Assembly: GCF_009834535.1 (NCBI RefSeq)
Contig: NC_045696.1
Span: 58,778,001-58,842,000, forward strand
Direction of reading: 5' to 3'
Length of the DNA: 64,000 nt
Source of the DNA: Camelus ferus
Taxonomy: Eukaryota
The notes under the pieces were generated by a model, which was not told the origin of the DNA, made no database searches, and saw only the letters and a program-made list of their open reading frames with translations. Positions 52,500-64,000 of this stretch are shown piece by piece. The translations under genes and the position numbers were made by a program. Within the stretch, counting starts at the first letter, position 1. Each line of letters starts with the position of its first letter.

Positions 52500-53050
52500 A
52501 TGCAATGCACCTGGGGAAAAGTCAAAGATTAAAACAACTGGAAGGAAGATAATAATTACAGAAGACAAAGACAATCCAGCACAAGGATAATCATTATCTC
52601 CCAAATAGAGAACCCAATATATGAAACAGAAAATGTATTCAAGGGTATAATCCAAGAAATAAAAGGCTAAATTTACATTGAAAGAATACATTGTACCCCA
52701 GAAAACAACAACTGATAATGAATGAGTAAAATCAAGAACTTCCTTGGTTATAAAAATAATACTTTGAGATCCAGGTTACAAAAATAATACTTTGGGATCC
52801 AAAAAGCAAGCTACCTACAAAGTGGCAAGAAAGTCAGCCTGGCTTCAGATTTCTCCATAGCAACAGCCAATGTCAAAAGACAATGAAGCAACACCACAAA
52901 GGTCTGAGGTAAAGAAAGTATGTTCAAGAATATTATACCCAGCCAAGATGTCATTCCATGTAATGGCAAAAGGTACACATCACTAAATATAAAAGAACTT
53001 GTCGTATAATGCCTATGTGATCGACCCTGAGGAACACATGCTGTCAGAAA
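52500..53050 (+). mobile_element. Ancient L1/HAL1 ORF1 remnant
   Basis: GTCAGCCTGGCTTCAGATTTCTCCATAGCAACA...AGAATATTATACCCAGCCAAGATGTCATTC encodes VSLASDFSIAT...RILYPAKMSF, the ORF1p CTD signature. Confidence 0.7.
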
Positions 53051-56000
53051 TTCAGCCAAACAAGATATAAATCAAAATAAAGAACTCAGGAACTGAGGAG
53101 TCATGATAAAAGGGCCAACAGTAGGCAATGAATCCATTCATATATAACATTAACACTAAACAATTACGGTAATTATGGTCATAGAACATAGTGTAAATGC
53201 TTATAATTCACAATAATAAATTAGCAACAATTTTAACACGGGAGTCAGGGAAGAAGAGATGGAAGGAGGAGTGACAATACTAATTTCCTTAATAGAATTA
53301 AGAGATATTGCCTAAAATATAGCTAAATATAATTCTAATCTAAATTTTTCATAATCTTTTTGTTAAACTTTAAGGGACCTTTTAGTAAATAATGTATCTC
53401 TCATGATTAAAGGTTTTATAAAGTATTTATTTTTTATAAACTCAGTAACTTTAATGAAAATAGCATGTATAGTATGAGCTATATAACTTGATTCTTCCAT
53501 CCATCTACTTTTTCTTCCTTATATTAACATATACATGAAGGGAGTGCTCCCTGGAACGATGTTTATCTAATATTAATGAAGATTAGTTATATTGGTAGAA
53601 TTTGGAGTAATTTTAAAGCTTTATGTACTTTTACACATTGCTTGAACTCCTTATAAAAACATGAATTAAAAATTCAAAATTAAGTCATCATTCTTAACAA
53701 GAAATTAAACATTTGGCTTCAACAAAAAACAATTCTGAAATTGAACTAATTCCAATCTTAAAAAGGAACTTTCTTAAACATTTTCTTAGAGTACAAGCTA
53801 ATCTCAGGGAAACAGAAAATATTTCTGGCCAAAATGAAGAGAAGGGTGGGAGTATGGGATTCAAGGAAGAAGATGACTGGTTCTTTTTTTTTTTTTTTTT
53901 CCCCAAAGAAGGACTGATAAAAGAGCAATTTTCTTTTCTTTTTTTTCTAGAACATAGAAAACTGGCCATGCCGCTTGGGGTTGCAGCACCTGACCCCTCC
54001 CAGAAAGCAATTTTCAGTATATTTATTAACATAACTACACTTACCTTATTGAGCTCTAAGAAAAGAAATTTGTGTCTTACACTGAAATCAATAGTGAAAT
54101 TATGGTATTTATATGATAAGCTCTGGATCTACTTGAGGTTGACATTTCTAACAGATGTACTAACCTGTAAGAGGGATTACATTTTGTGTTAAAAGGATAA
54201 GTTACTAAGAGCTTATTTTTTACTAAATTGAAATGGATATAAAGGGAATAACATAAGAAATCACACACAATGATACTTCATGTGTCTAGCATTGGGAAGA
54301 ACTGGGCAGTTAGAATGCAATCTTTTCCTTTTATGTGACAAAACTTTGAATACAGAGGTGCTTCTCAAACTAGGGCATGAATACCTCAAAGATGTGCATC
54401 CAGGTCCAATCCAGTGATATCCTACTAACAGTCAGCTCACACAAACTCAACTGTATGAACTCAACCAAAAGAAAATCAGATAGAAAAATAACTTCCTGTG
54501 GGCAACTCCACCTAGGATTTCACAGTGTGAATGTGGGCACCAGAGTCAGTGGTGATATCAGGTCTGCTGGCCATGTTGATTGAGAATTTACTGTTCAAAG
54601 ATAATATAATATTCATCCAGCGAGGCCCTAAATTTAAGCCAATAATTTCATCTGGCATTCAAACGAAGGAAGCATAAACACTTTCAACACTGGAGGAAAA
54701 AGTGGCTGTGCTGGACTTACTGAGAGTCAATATGAAGTTGTATTGAGATGTATGAACAATTTAAGGTATTTTTCACTGGAATTTTCCCTCTAGGCAATTC
54801 TACTTTAGGAGATAAAGCCACAGAACATATAAAGTGCATCTTCATGGTTCATTAGTTTTCCCTAAAATTTGGGTGGAGGAATGCATGTTAACACTAAACA
54901 TAAAGAAGGGGACTTAAAAGAGTTTTGTAATTATGGCAAGTTATCTGGTCTCTATTCTCAAAGCCCTGGGATGGAACTGTATTCCTCACAGATATTAGGC
55001 AAACTTTAGAAAAGCTGAAAAGCACCATGATACATAATAAAAATGTAAGGTAGGAAGTTGGGTTTAGGGGAAATAGGGGTAGAAAACATATCCTGAAACT
55101 ATGGGAGAAATTAATACCTAAATGGATGTGGAGAAGGCCTGTGCACTTGCCTGGTGTGGAACACAAACTTGGCTTTGAGCTCCTTTATGACCAATGTAAC
55201 AAGAGAAAACAATCCACTTTGTATAATTCAGTGTACATGAAAAAAAAAAAATACAACCAGGTGCTTGGTTTTTTGAGCCAAGTACATGTATGTTAAACGG
55301 CTTTGACTACAGTAGTAGTTTCTAGTTTACTGGGTGTCCTTTATATACTTTCCTGTTTGTTTTTACTGTTTCCACTGTTTCTGATGGCCAGCTGTCAGAG
55401 TGTCTGCCACTAGCAGCTTGCACTTCCGCTTAATTGAGGTTCTTACATGTAAAAAAGTAACAATAAATTGGCTTCAAGAGAAGACCAGAAGCCTCTAAAG
55501 GGAATGAGCTTTCTGATGGCTTTGTCAAATATCCAAGAGCTTTTCATTTGTTTGTTTGCTTTTGGGGGTCTCCAATTTTTAATTAAGTTATTAAAAGTCT
55601 AATCTTTGAATGGAAGCAAAATGTAAATATGAAAAGACTTATTTCTAACCATCCTGAAGATAATATAAAAGTGTGATACATTCTGAAAAAGATGAAAATG
55701 TAAAACATTAGAAGCCATTCTCAAAGAGAACACAAGTCAATCATAAATCACGGAAATGCACTCAAACCTCTGTATTATACTTAGCATTCCAAAAGCAAAT
55801 TGCCATCTGATTAGTTTAAGCATTTATAGAAATCTAGGTGTTTTAGATCGGATTGTTAATTGCAGCCTTGAAATAGGAATAGTTCATATGTATTTCACTA
55901 GCAAGATATTATAAGCTTTTCTTTTAAAAAAAGATTTATTAGTATCTGTATTTTTAAACTTCCTAAGTTTTGTCTCAATATACTTCTGAAAATTCTATTA

Positions 56001-56726
56001 TGTAAAGTTTTTTCAAAAGGCTGACTCCAATCTGATAATCATTTACTTGAAATAATACACGACCTAACAACAAGGTTGAGAGAGTATAATCATTTCCTTA
56101 CTACTTGAAAAAACCAACAATCACAGGATTTCACTTAAGCAAACCAAGAAATACACTTCTACCAAACCATGTTCTTTCTCAGAGTTCTACCAAATCCCGT
56201 GGACAGGGAAGGAAGACTGAAGAAGATGAAGTTTAACTTTACCAGAAGGTTGTGCAAGAAGGCTTCCCTGGGAAAAATTCTCTGTTTAAAAGAGGAAGGA
56301 ACCAGAAAGATTACTTAAATATGGTAATCTTCGGTGAAGAAAATCTTGGCTGTCAGAGCTAGAAAGGATCTCAGAGATCAAGTTCAACCCAATACTTGAT
56401 AGATGAGGAAAGTGAGGTCTGAAGACTTAAAAGTAACTTGCCAAGCTTACCTGATAGCTGAATACCACAAAGTAATATTTATGTTTAAAATCTGGTGGTT
56501 GCTCTCAAAGAAGGTTAATTATTGATCAATGTATAACTAGAACAGAATTGAAGTATTTACAATCAATATGACAAAAGGCTAACATTTAAAGCATATAGAG
56601 ACACAAATTGTTTTTGTTTTTAAAAAAAAATCAAGACCCTAATGGGCAAATAAGCAGAGGTCATAAATAGATGATTCACATAGTAAAGAATATAATTAAT
56701 AAACAAACATATGGGATTGTATACAA

Positions 56727-56856
56727 TTTTTTTTAATTTTGGGGGAGGTAATTAGGTTTTTATTTATTTACTTATTTTAATGGAGGTACTGGGGACTGAA
56801 CCCAGGACCTTGTGCATGAGAAGCACCTGCTCTACCCCGGAGCTATACCCTACCCC
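56727..56856 (-). mobile_element. tRNA-derived camelid SINE (Vic-1-like)
   Basis: Minus strand GGGGTAGGGTATAGCTC...GGTCCTGGGTTCAGTCCCCAGTACCTCCATT...AAATAAATAAA...CCTAATTACCTCCCCC. Same family as 1678-1837. Confidence 0.85.
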
Positions 56857-57455
56857 TTACAGTTTCATAATTAGCAAAAAATGCAATATGCAAGAGTAAC
56901 CTATGATTTTGTATCATTAACTTAGTGAGTATTAAAAATAATTCCTTGCAGTTCCATTTGACAATATTTTAAGAGTTAGAAGAATACCCATTCTCTTTAA
57001 TTAGTAATTACACATGAAAATATATGCAAATGACATAATCCAAAGACTGAAAAAAGTTCACATATCAACAGAGATATTGAGTGAAAAAGTATTAATATTT
57101 AAAAGCGGGAACAACCTAAATATTATCCACTGGGAGGCATGATACATCTAATTCAATGAGATATTTTGTAGTAATTTTAAAATATCGGTGAATACAAGAT
57201 ACGTCAGAAACATACTGTCATATGAGAAAGCAAGGACACTATAAAGGTGACTGCGGTTCTGCCATAAAGGACTTGGAAGACAATCTGAAGATGCTCCCAC
57301 TGGCCAAAGATGGCCAAGTTGAGCATTAAAAAGAGATACAATGGACTGAATCATATCAAATATGTTAAAATTCCTGAGTTCATGATGATAAAAGAAGCAA
57401 AAATCTTCACTGTCCCTTTGTCATGTTCTCTGATTTGTGTTGTTTGGAGGAAGGG

Positions 57456-57506
57456 GTGTGTGTGTGTGTTTGTGTTTGTGTGTGTGTGTATGTGTGCATG
57501 TGTGTG
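57456..57506. repeat. (TG)n microsatellite, interrupted
   Basis: Direct reading. Confidence 0.9.
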
Positions 57507-59959
57507 CAGTGTCCATTAGTATCAGTGCCTGTCTGAGTTAGGAAAATGACATCTCTGGTGTTGTAAGAGGACAAGCAGTGTAGACAGCAACATGAAACAC
57601 TAGCCTTCATTTTGTTTTAACTTACAGACTAATGTTAATTGTTCTCAGAACTGGATTTTTTCCCCTCAAAATGGAAACTGTCTTTTCCTTTTGGATTTAA
57701 TGAAGTATTGCTAGTTGAAGTCAGTTTGACATAGTGAGAGAGATGTCAGGTTGATTAGAAGTATTGCTGGCTGATTTAAACCCAAAATCTGAACCTTTTT
57801 AAGAGCAAAAAATACTGCACATGGGGAAAAAAAATCCTCTTTAGAGGATTCTGGGAAACTAACACATTATTCTGAAAAATGTAAATAAAGGGAAAGAATC
57901 AAGCTTGAAAAAAAGAATACATATATCTCGTTATGCCACAAGAGACTAAGGAAAGCAGTTCCCTCTGGGAAGAGGGGAAGGGAACTGGATAGCTGGAGAA
58001 CCGGGTGGGACAGGGCTCACATTTCACTGAATACCCTTTAATAAATTACATATTTGAAAAACTCATTTAAGTATCACTATAGAGATTATGTAACAAAATG
58101 GAAAAGTTATTATATTAAAGGGAAAAACTCAGAAATCAAATGATAGCCACTCTGATTACAACAGTGTAAAAACTGCATATACACATAGACCAGGCATGGA
58201 AGGAAACACAGAAAAACAAAATTGTTGACTAGAGCCGCAGAATTTAGGGACATTTTTTCCTTTTCATTGAAATGAATTCCATTGTTACATTTATAAGGTT
58301 ATTTGTCCAATAAATAATGTTAAGGTGCCATTTAAATGGAAAACATGGCACCTTACTCTCTCTGTTACCCATTCTTGTAGGAAAGCCCAGCTATTTGAAC
58401 CTTGAGCCCATAATCAAGTCACTAAGAACCATTTGGGGGTAACTTGACTCTTCCTGTAAGCAAGAGATCAAAGAAGGATAAAAGAAAGGGTCTGTTGAGG
58501 GCTGCTCATACAGTAGATGTTAAAAGTACAATGACTTTGCCCAGCTGTTTCTCATCCCTGCACTAATGCGGGGGTGGAGGCGGTGGTGGCATTCACTGAG
58601 TAGGAGGCCAGCAGAACATGGAAAGAGCCTGTCAACAGTGCATAAAAGACACATACTGAAAACACTGCTTGCAGGAGGAGTGAAGCTTGTCAAATACTGC
58701 AGAGGCTGGGAAAGTGAAGAGAAGAGAAAGAGCAATTATAACCTGAACCTAACAATTCCCCAGCTAAATTTAACTAGAGAGGTGGAATACATCTGCAGCT
58801 TGAAAACGATAGGCAAATGAATGTTCAGGTACAAAAAGACCCAACCTACATAGAACTTTAAATGGTCACTGTTAAAAAAAAAAATCTATTTTCATATCAA
58901 TCATTTGCTGTTATTCTGAATATATTTCAAATGTGAACCCCCCCAAATAAATGAATGGCCTCAAGGAGGAATAAGGAAATCCTAGGCTCAGGACAAAACC
59001 TTTTATTTCTTGTCATAAGTCAGTATCAGTAAGGATTTACTAATGTCAACACTTTCCAGAAACACTACTTTAAAAATTTTCAGCTATGAATAATGAAAAT
59101 TAAATAGAAACTTTCATTTATCTTTTTAAGAGTAAAATGGAACTATTCAAAGTCTTCCAAATTTTTATGTCAAGAGATATCTCAGTTAATGTACGTATTT
59201 ATGCTGAACTATGTTCACAATTAAATCTAAAATATATTACCTAAATAACTAAAATACATTATCCTAAAATAGAAATACTTTATATGCATAAAAATGTATA
59301 TCAAAAAGGTAACTAATTATTTCTGGCTAATTAAAGTGATTTTTACTTTCTTCTTTATGTCTTTCAGTACTAGCTGAGTTTTAAAATAATATGCATATGT
59401 CACTTATATAGAAACAAGGTTATTTTAGATATAAGGCCTTTTCAGTTAAAAAAACACACAACTTGATTTAATAGCCACCATATTACAAATTCTGTTATAA
59501 ATAAAAATGGGTACAATTTCAATCAGAACAATGTGTAATTGTTTTCACACACAACTTATTTACAATTATTTTAGCAAAAAAATCACAGGCAGTAAAAAAT
59601 CTAAGTTGCAAATAGCTTTTGGAAGAGTTTATTTATTCAAGTATTCCCTATTCTAATGAAGACTGCTGGGGGGAGCTGATCATGTACAAGGTCATTACTG
59701 AGATTTATGATCACGTGCATTATTTATGGTTACTGAGATTTATAACCATACATATTATCTAGAGTTAAACCAATCTATGTTTTTGCTTTTCAAATCCAAC
59801 TTTAAAAATATAAAGCTGATTAATTATTCACATCAAGTACTCTAATATCACTATATTCTGTTGCCAAGTGGATGAACGCATGGATTGCTCTATTGGCTCA
59901 AGACTTTAGCAACCATTCAAGTCCTCTGTGGCAGCCACTACTAGTTGCTTATTCACTGT

Positions 59960-60330
59960 GCAATCTCCTGTCTTCCTCACTAACAGAACACTGATCTTAT
60001 TTGGGACAGCAGTGTACCCTGCTAAAATACCAGCTTCCCTGGAATCCCCTGCAGCTGGAGGAAACCATGTGGCACAGTTCTGACCAATGAAAAATAAACA
60101 GAGTTTCTGGAAAGCCTTTTTTGCCTGTAATGTGACATGACATTATGTAACTCCATCAGAGCCCCATTATAACTATGGAACCACATGCACCAAGACAAAA
60201 GTGACACATTTTTGTGAGTGGTAGAGCAGAAAGACAGATTTCTTGTTATATGGGAAAAAGAAACTTCTATTTGGTTAATACACAGTAGTCAGAATTCTGG
60301 CGTGTATAGCCAAATACAATCCTACTTGCA
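59960..60330 (+). mobile_element. ERVL-class LTR remnant (LTR16/LTR33-like)
   Basis: CCCCTGCAGCTGGAGGAAACCATGTGGCACAGTTCTGACCAATGA resembles the conserved LTR16/33 core. Strand uncertain. Confidence 0.55.
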
Positions 60331-60545
60331 TATCATATACTCCTTCTTTTACCGTTACGAAAATGAACCCCAAATCTGAAGGGAATTTGGGTAGACTTAG
60401 GAAGTCAAAGTATATCAGAGTGCTGGACTAGGCAACATTTTTAAAAAGAAGCTATCCCAAGTATATTTTCCAGTCATGAAGACTAATGGCATCAGTAAGA
60501 AAGAAGATGGTAGAAATCTGGTGTAATTCTGGTTAACAATTTTCT

Positions 60546-60582
60546 TTTGTTTTAAATTGAAGTATAGTTGGTTACAATGTGC
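60546..60582 (-). mobile_element. 37-bp ultra-truncated L1 3' terminus with 12-bp TSD
   Basis: TSD TAACAATTTTCT at 60534-60545 and 60583-60594. The insert (minus) GCACATTGTAACCAACTATACTTCAATTTAAAACAAA matches the extreme L1 3' end. Confidence 0.8.
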
Positions 60583-61473
60583 TAACAATTTTCTAAATCA
60601 TCTATAAACCAGAGCTCATATCACAAACAAAAAATCACTAGTATTTTATGTCTAAAAACAAAAGCAAAAAAAATCTGCTCTCTTTTGCAATTTTGACATG
60701 TAGTATTCATGAGCATCTTTTAAAAACATCTTTATGGAGCCAAGAATGTGTAACTCAATGCCAGGTCAAGATCTATCAGATATAAATGAAATATTTACTG
60801 AAGTATTTAGCTATCATAAATAGCTGGTTGCCCTCAAATAAGTCATTTTTCTTTGAAAGTGTTGGAAATGTGATTATCCCACTCCCCCTACACAGATTAT
60901 TTTAAGGAAAAACTCCATCCATAAAGATCATACTCTAAGCAAATCAGCCACAGATCTAAGATGAAAATGTTATACGAAAGGAGATAAACTCTATAGAGCT
61001 AGGAAATCTGTATTTTACTTGATTCTTCACAGTACTTTATTTACTATGAAGAATTACTTTGCTGTGAACTCAAAAGAAGTTTAACAAACATTTATGGGCT
61101 GACTATGTGAACGACCCCTAGGAATAATGAACACAGATCACACATCAGAGCAGGTTCCTGTAAAGTCTAGAAGAAAGCACTTTCCAGGTTAGGGTTTCAG
61201 AGTCGAGAGAGATACACAGTTTCTTCATGGCGTGTCATGAAACTGATACCCTCACAGGCCATTCTACCACAGGTGGACTCTACACTGAGCGTCGCCAGCT
61301 TATTTTGCTCTTACCATGTATCCATGTATCCTTAAAGGACTTGCCAAAATGACCAGAAACTCTGTATTAGTTGGTATCTGTTAGACCAAGATTTACTTTA
61401 GATTATATAGAAGTGAAGGGAGAAAAAAATTAGGGTATGTTGTTGCTCGAACTACAACAATAATACTAAAATC

Positions 61474-61719
61474 TACTATTAATTGAGAGCATTCTATGCG
61501 CCAGCCATGGTTCTACATCCTTTCCTTATATTAGCTAATTTACCTCACAACTCCTATGGGATAGGTGCTATTATTTCCCTCATTGTATAGGTGAGAGAAT
61601 TGAGGTCCAGAGAAGGTAAGTAACTTGTGCTAAATCACACAGCAAGTACGTGGTAGAATCAGAATAAACCCAGGCAGTCTGCTTTCAGAGTCCACGCTCT
61701 TAACTACTAAGCTATACTA
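61474..61719 (-). mobile_element. MIR SINE, near full length
   Basis: CCTCACAACTCCTATGGGATAGGTGCTATTATT...TGAGGTCCAGAGAAGGTAAGTAACTTG...AACCCAGGCAGTCTG...GCTCTTAACTAC. Confidence 0.85.
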
Positions 61720-61758
61720 CCTTCAACATAGGAAGGAGAAAATCATGCAAAACAAGTC

Positions 61759-62279
61759 TGCGGATGGTTTTAAAATATGCCCACAAATTCTTTGATATTC
61801 CTTCCTTTAATAGGTATCCTACTTCTCCTCCCTTGGAGTGTGGGATGGACTTAGTGCCTTGCTTTGAACAAACAGAAAAAGGGAGGAGTAATGGTGTGTG
61901 ACATTAGGGACTAGATCATGAAAAGCACTGTGGCTTCCTCTTTGCCCTCTCTCTTAGACCATCCACTCTGGGGAATGCCAGCTGCCATGTCACCAGGGAC
62001 TTTCCAGTAGCCCTGTATGGAGAGGACCAGGTAGTGAGGAACTTAGGTCTCCTGCCAATAGCCATGTGAGTGAGTTATCGTAGAAACACATCCTCCTGTT
62101 CCAGTCAAGTTTTCAGCTGACTGCAGTCCTGACTGGCATTTGACTGCAACTACGAGAGACTGAGCCAGAACCACCCAACTAAGCTGCTTCTGAATTCCAG
62201 ACCCACAGATTGTATGAGATAGGACATATTTGTGATTTTGTCACTCAGTTTTGGTGTAACTTAATGTGTCAATGAACAC
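61759..62279 (+). mobile_element. MaLR solo LTR (MLT1F-like)
   Basis: AAAATATGCCCACAAATTCTTTGA...GCCAGCTGCCATGT...TGACTGCAAC...GAGCCAGAACCACCCAACTAAGCTGCT. Confidence 0.82.
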
Positions 62280-62299
62280 AGGAACCTTTCATCAGAACC

Positions 62300-62520
62300 A
62301 TATTTTCAATATAAAATTATATTTTAATATATTTTGTATAAAATATATAAAATTATATGTCATTACATAATTATACAAATTGTATATATATAATTACATG
62401 TAACTATATACAGACACATGTAACTATATATATAACTATATATAACATACATATATATGCACTACATGTAATATGTAATTATTTAACTATATGTAACTAT
62501 AAATTGTGTAAATAATTATT
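62300..62520. repeat. AT-rich low-complexity tract with recurring ATGTAACTATA units
   Basis: Direct reading. Confidence 0.8.
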
Positions 62521-63689
62521 TAGATTGCCTGTTCATTCCCAGGAAGCAGTAATCATTTTAATCACTGCAGAACGGCAGAATAACATATCCCCAATGTCCT
62601 TCAAAAGCCACCCTACTTACTTAATCAAAAATTAAACAACATATGTTAAACATACAGACATGTAGAAAGATTATTCCTGCCCTAAACTGTCATATATTCT
62701 ACTTTTTCTCTTTTCTTATAAGTCAATAAAGAAATAACACATTCCAGTTCCAAAAATCTATCATAAGAACAAGCTGTCTATTTGATTCCTAACAGTCTAT
62801 TCAAGGTGCTAATCTGCCATTATTTATAGACTCTTGATTCCTTTCTGAGCAGCTGTCATTAACAGAGTAACTTAAGAATTCAAAACACTCTTTATTCAAC
62901 TCAACTGCCTCCTGGAATTGCTAGTTATGCACCTCAAAGTTACAACTGTGATAAAAGCTAAAGATGAATCCAGCCTCAAGAAGGCTGTGAAAAAGAGCCG
63001 CCATTATATACACCAAGATTAGCTAATGCTCACTGACTGATATTCCTTTAAAGCCCTCATTCCTAATCATTTGGACCTCTTTTATCAAATTGGAAGCTTT
63101 CTGGGGGTGTTTTCTGCACCAGTGTTTTAACTGTTTGTGGCTTTCAAAGCACTCCAGAGCTGTTGTTTGAACACCCATGTGTGTCCAGAAGACAAACAAC
63201 AGTGTACCTTTTGGTGTACAAGGGGAAGGGGAGAAAACAGTAAGTTGGCTTCTAGTCTAGAAGTATTTGATACTTTGCCCACCCCATTCTCCCCTGCCCC
63301 AGGAATTTAGAAATGGCACTCTGGCCTCAGGCTGTCTCATCCTAACTCAAATTCTCTAAAGGAAGAAGAGCAGGAGCATGACCATATCTGGGCAGTGAGG
63401 GCTGAGAAGAGCCTGAGAACAGGAAATGCAGAGGGGACAAATGAGGAAGAAAGTGGATAAAGAGAAATGGAGAAAATGAGCAAAACTGAAGAATAAGGAA
63501 AAACAGAGGGGGAGAAGAAAAGGCAAGAAGAGAAAGAGGAGTAGAAAGATTTCAGAGTAGGACATGAGAGCAAAGAGAGAATAAAAACATGGAGAGGCAG
63601 AGAAACAACGTCTCCTCAAGGGAAAGAGAGAGTGAGACGCAGAGGATAAATGGTGCAAAAGGCAAAGAAGAGAGGAGTCAAGGCTTACC

Positions 63690-64000
63690 CCCAGGTTTCT
63701 GATTAGGCAGCTAGTATAAACTGGGAATGCCAATAAGAGATCCAGAGAATAGGAGAAAAAGCAGGTCTGACCCATAAAATGATGACTTAAGCTTTATACA
63801 TGTTGAGTTTGTGTTGTGTGCAGAGTAACCAAGTGGCAATGTCCAACTGGGCAGCTGGAATGGAAACTCAGAAGATGGGTGTGGCCCAGAAGAGAATATA
63901 TGGGAGCCAGTGAAGCTATGAGGAAGGTATGGTGAGGTCAAAGAGAGAGATTGCACAAGGGAAGAAGAAGATGTCTAAGGACAAAAGCCCAGGAACACCA
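63690..64000 (-). mobile_element. LINE-2 fragment (runs off window end)
   Basis: CCAGGTTTCTGATT...CATGTTGAGTTTG...CAAGTGGCAATGTCCAACTGGGCAGCTGGA. Confidence 0.7.

Noticed and set aside
53713..54192. 159-aa plus-strand ORF
   Set aside because: Non-ATG start, runs through a poly-T tract (poly-Phe), antisense intronic, no recognisable homology.
63340..63690. Long purine-rich strand with Ser/Phe/Leu-rich antisense ORFs
   Set aside because: Low-complexity GA tract next to an L2 remnant. No clear mirror repeat or coding signal.
45329..64000. Upstream HACD2 exons, including the short exon I recall encoding ILHCAI(G)
   Set aside because: I found no matching sequence with splice sites by eye, so they probably lie beyond the window. 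The in-frame [13 protein letters not shown] before 45328 is intron and acceptor sequence.

Overview
Mammalian nuclear DNA, most likely camelid (two Vic-1-like tRNA-derived SINEs and cetartiodactyl-type L1 3' ends). The window holds the last four coding exons of HACD2 (PTPLB, very-long-chain 3-hydroxyacyl-CoA dehydratase 2) on the minus strand: 45240-45328, 23346-23467, 21746-21924 and 13582-13664. All have GT-AG boundaries with matching phases. A ~3 kb 3'UTR follows, then ~10 kb of GC-richer downstream DNA with a strong CTCF motif. The 5' exons lie beyond the right edge. The rest is intron or intergenic DNA full of interspersed repeats (L1, L2, MIR, MaLR/ERVL LTRs, hAT MERs). The most unusual object is a 3.04 kb L1 derivative in the last intron, bounded by a perfect 15-bp target-site duplication (TSD). 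It keeps a full CpG-rich 5'UTR, a decayed ORF1 and a 3'UTR, but the endonuclease, RT and zinc-knuckle parts of ORF2 are missing. This is a 'half-L1'/spliced-L1-like non-autonomous element, and it appears nested in the tail of an older L1 insertion. I see no novel multi-gene system. Almost all ORF-track entries are chance or repeat-derived. Repeat subfamily names come from remembered consensus sequences, and their boundaries are approximate.
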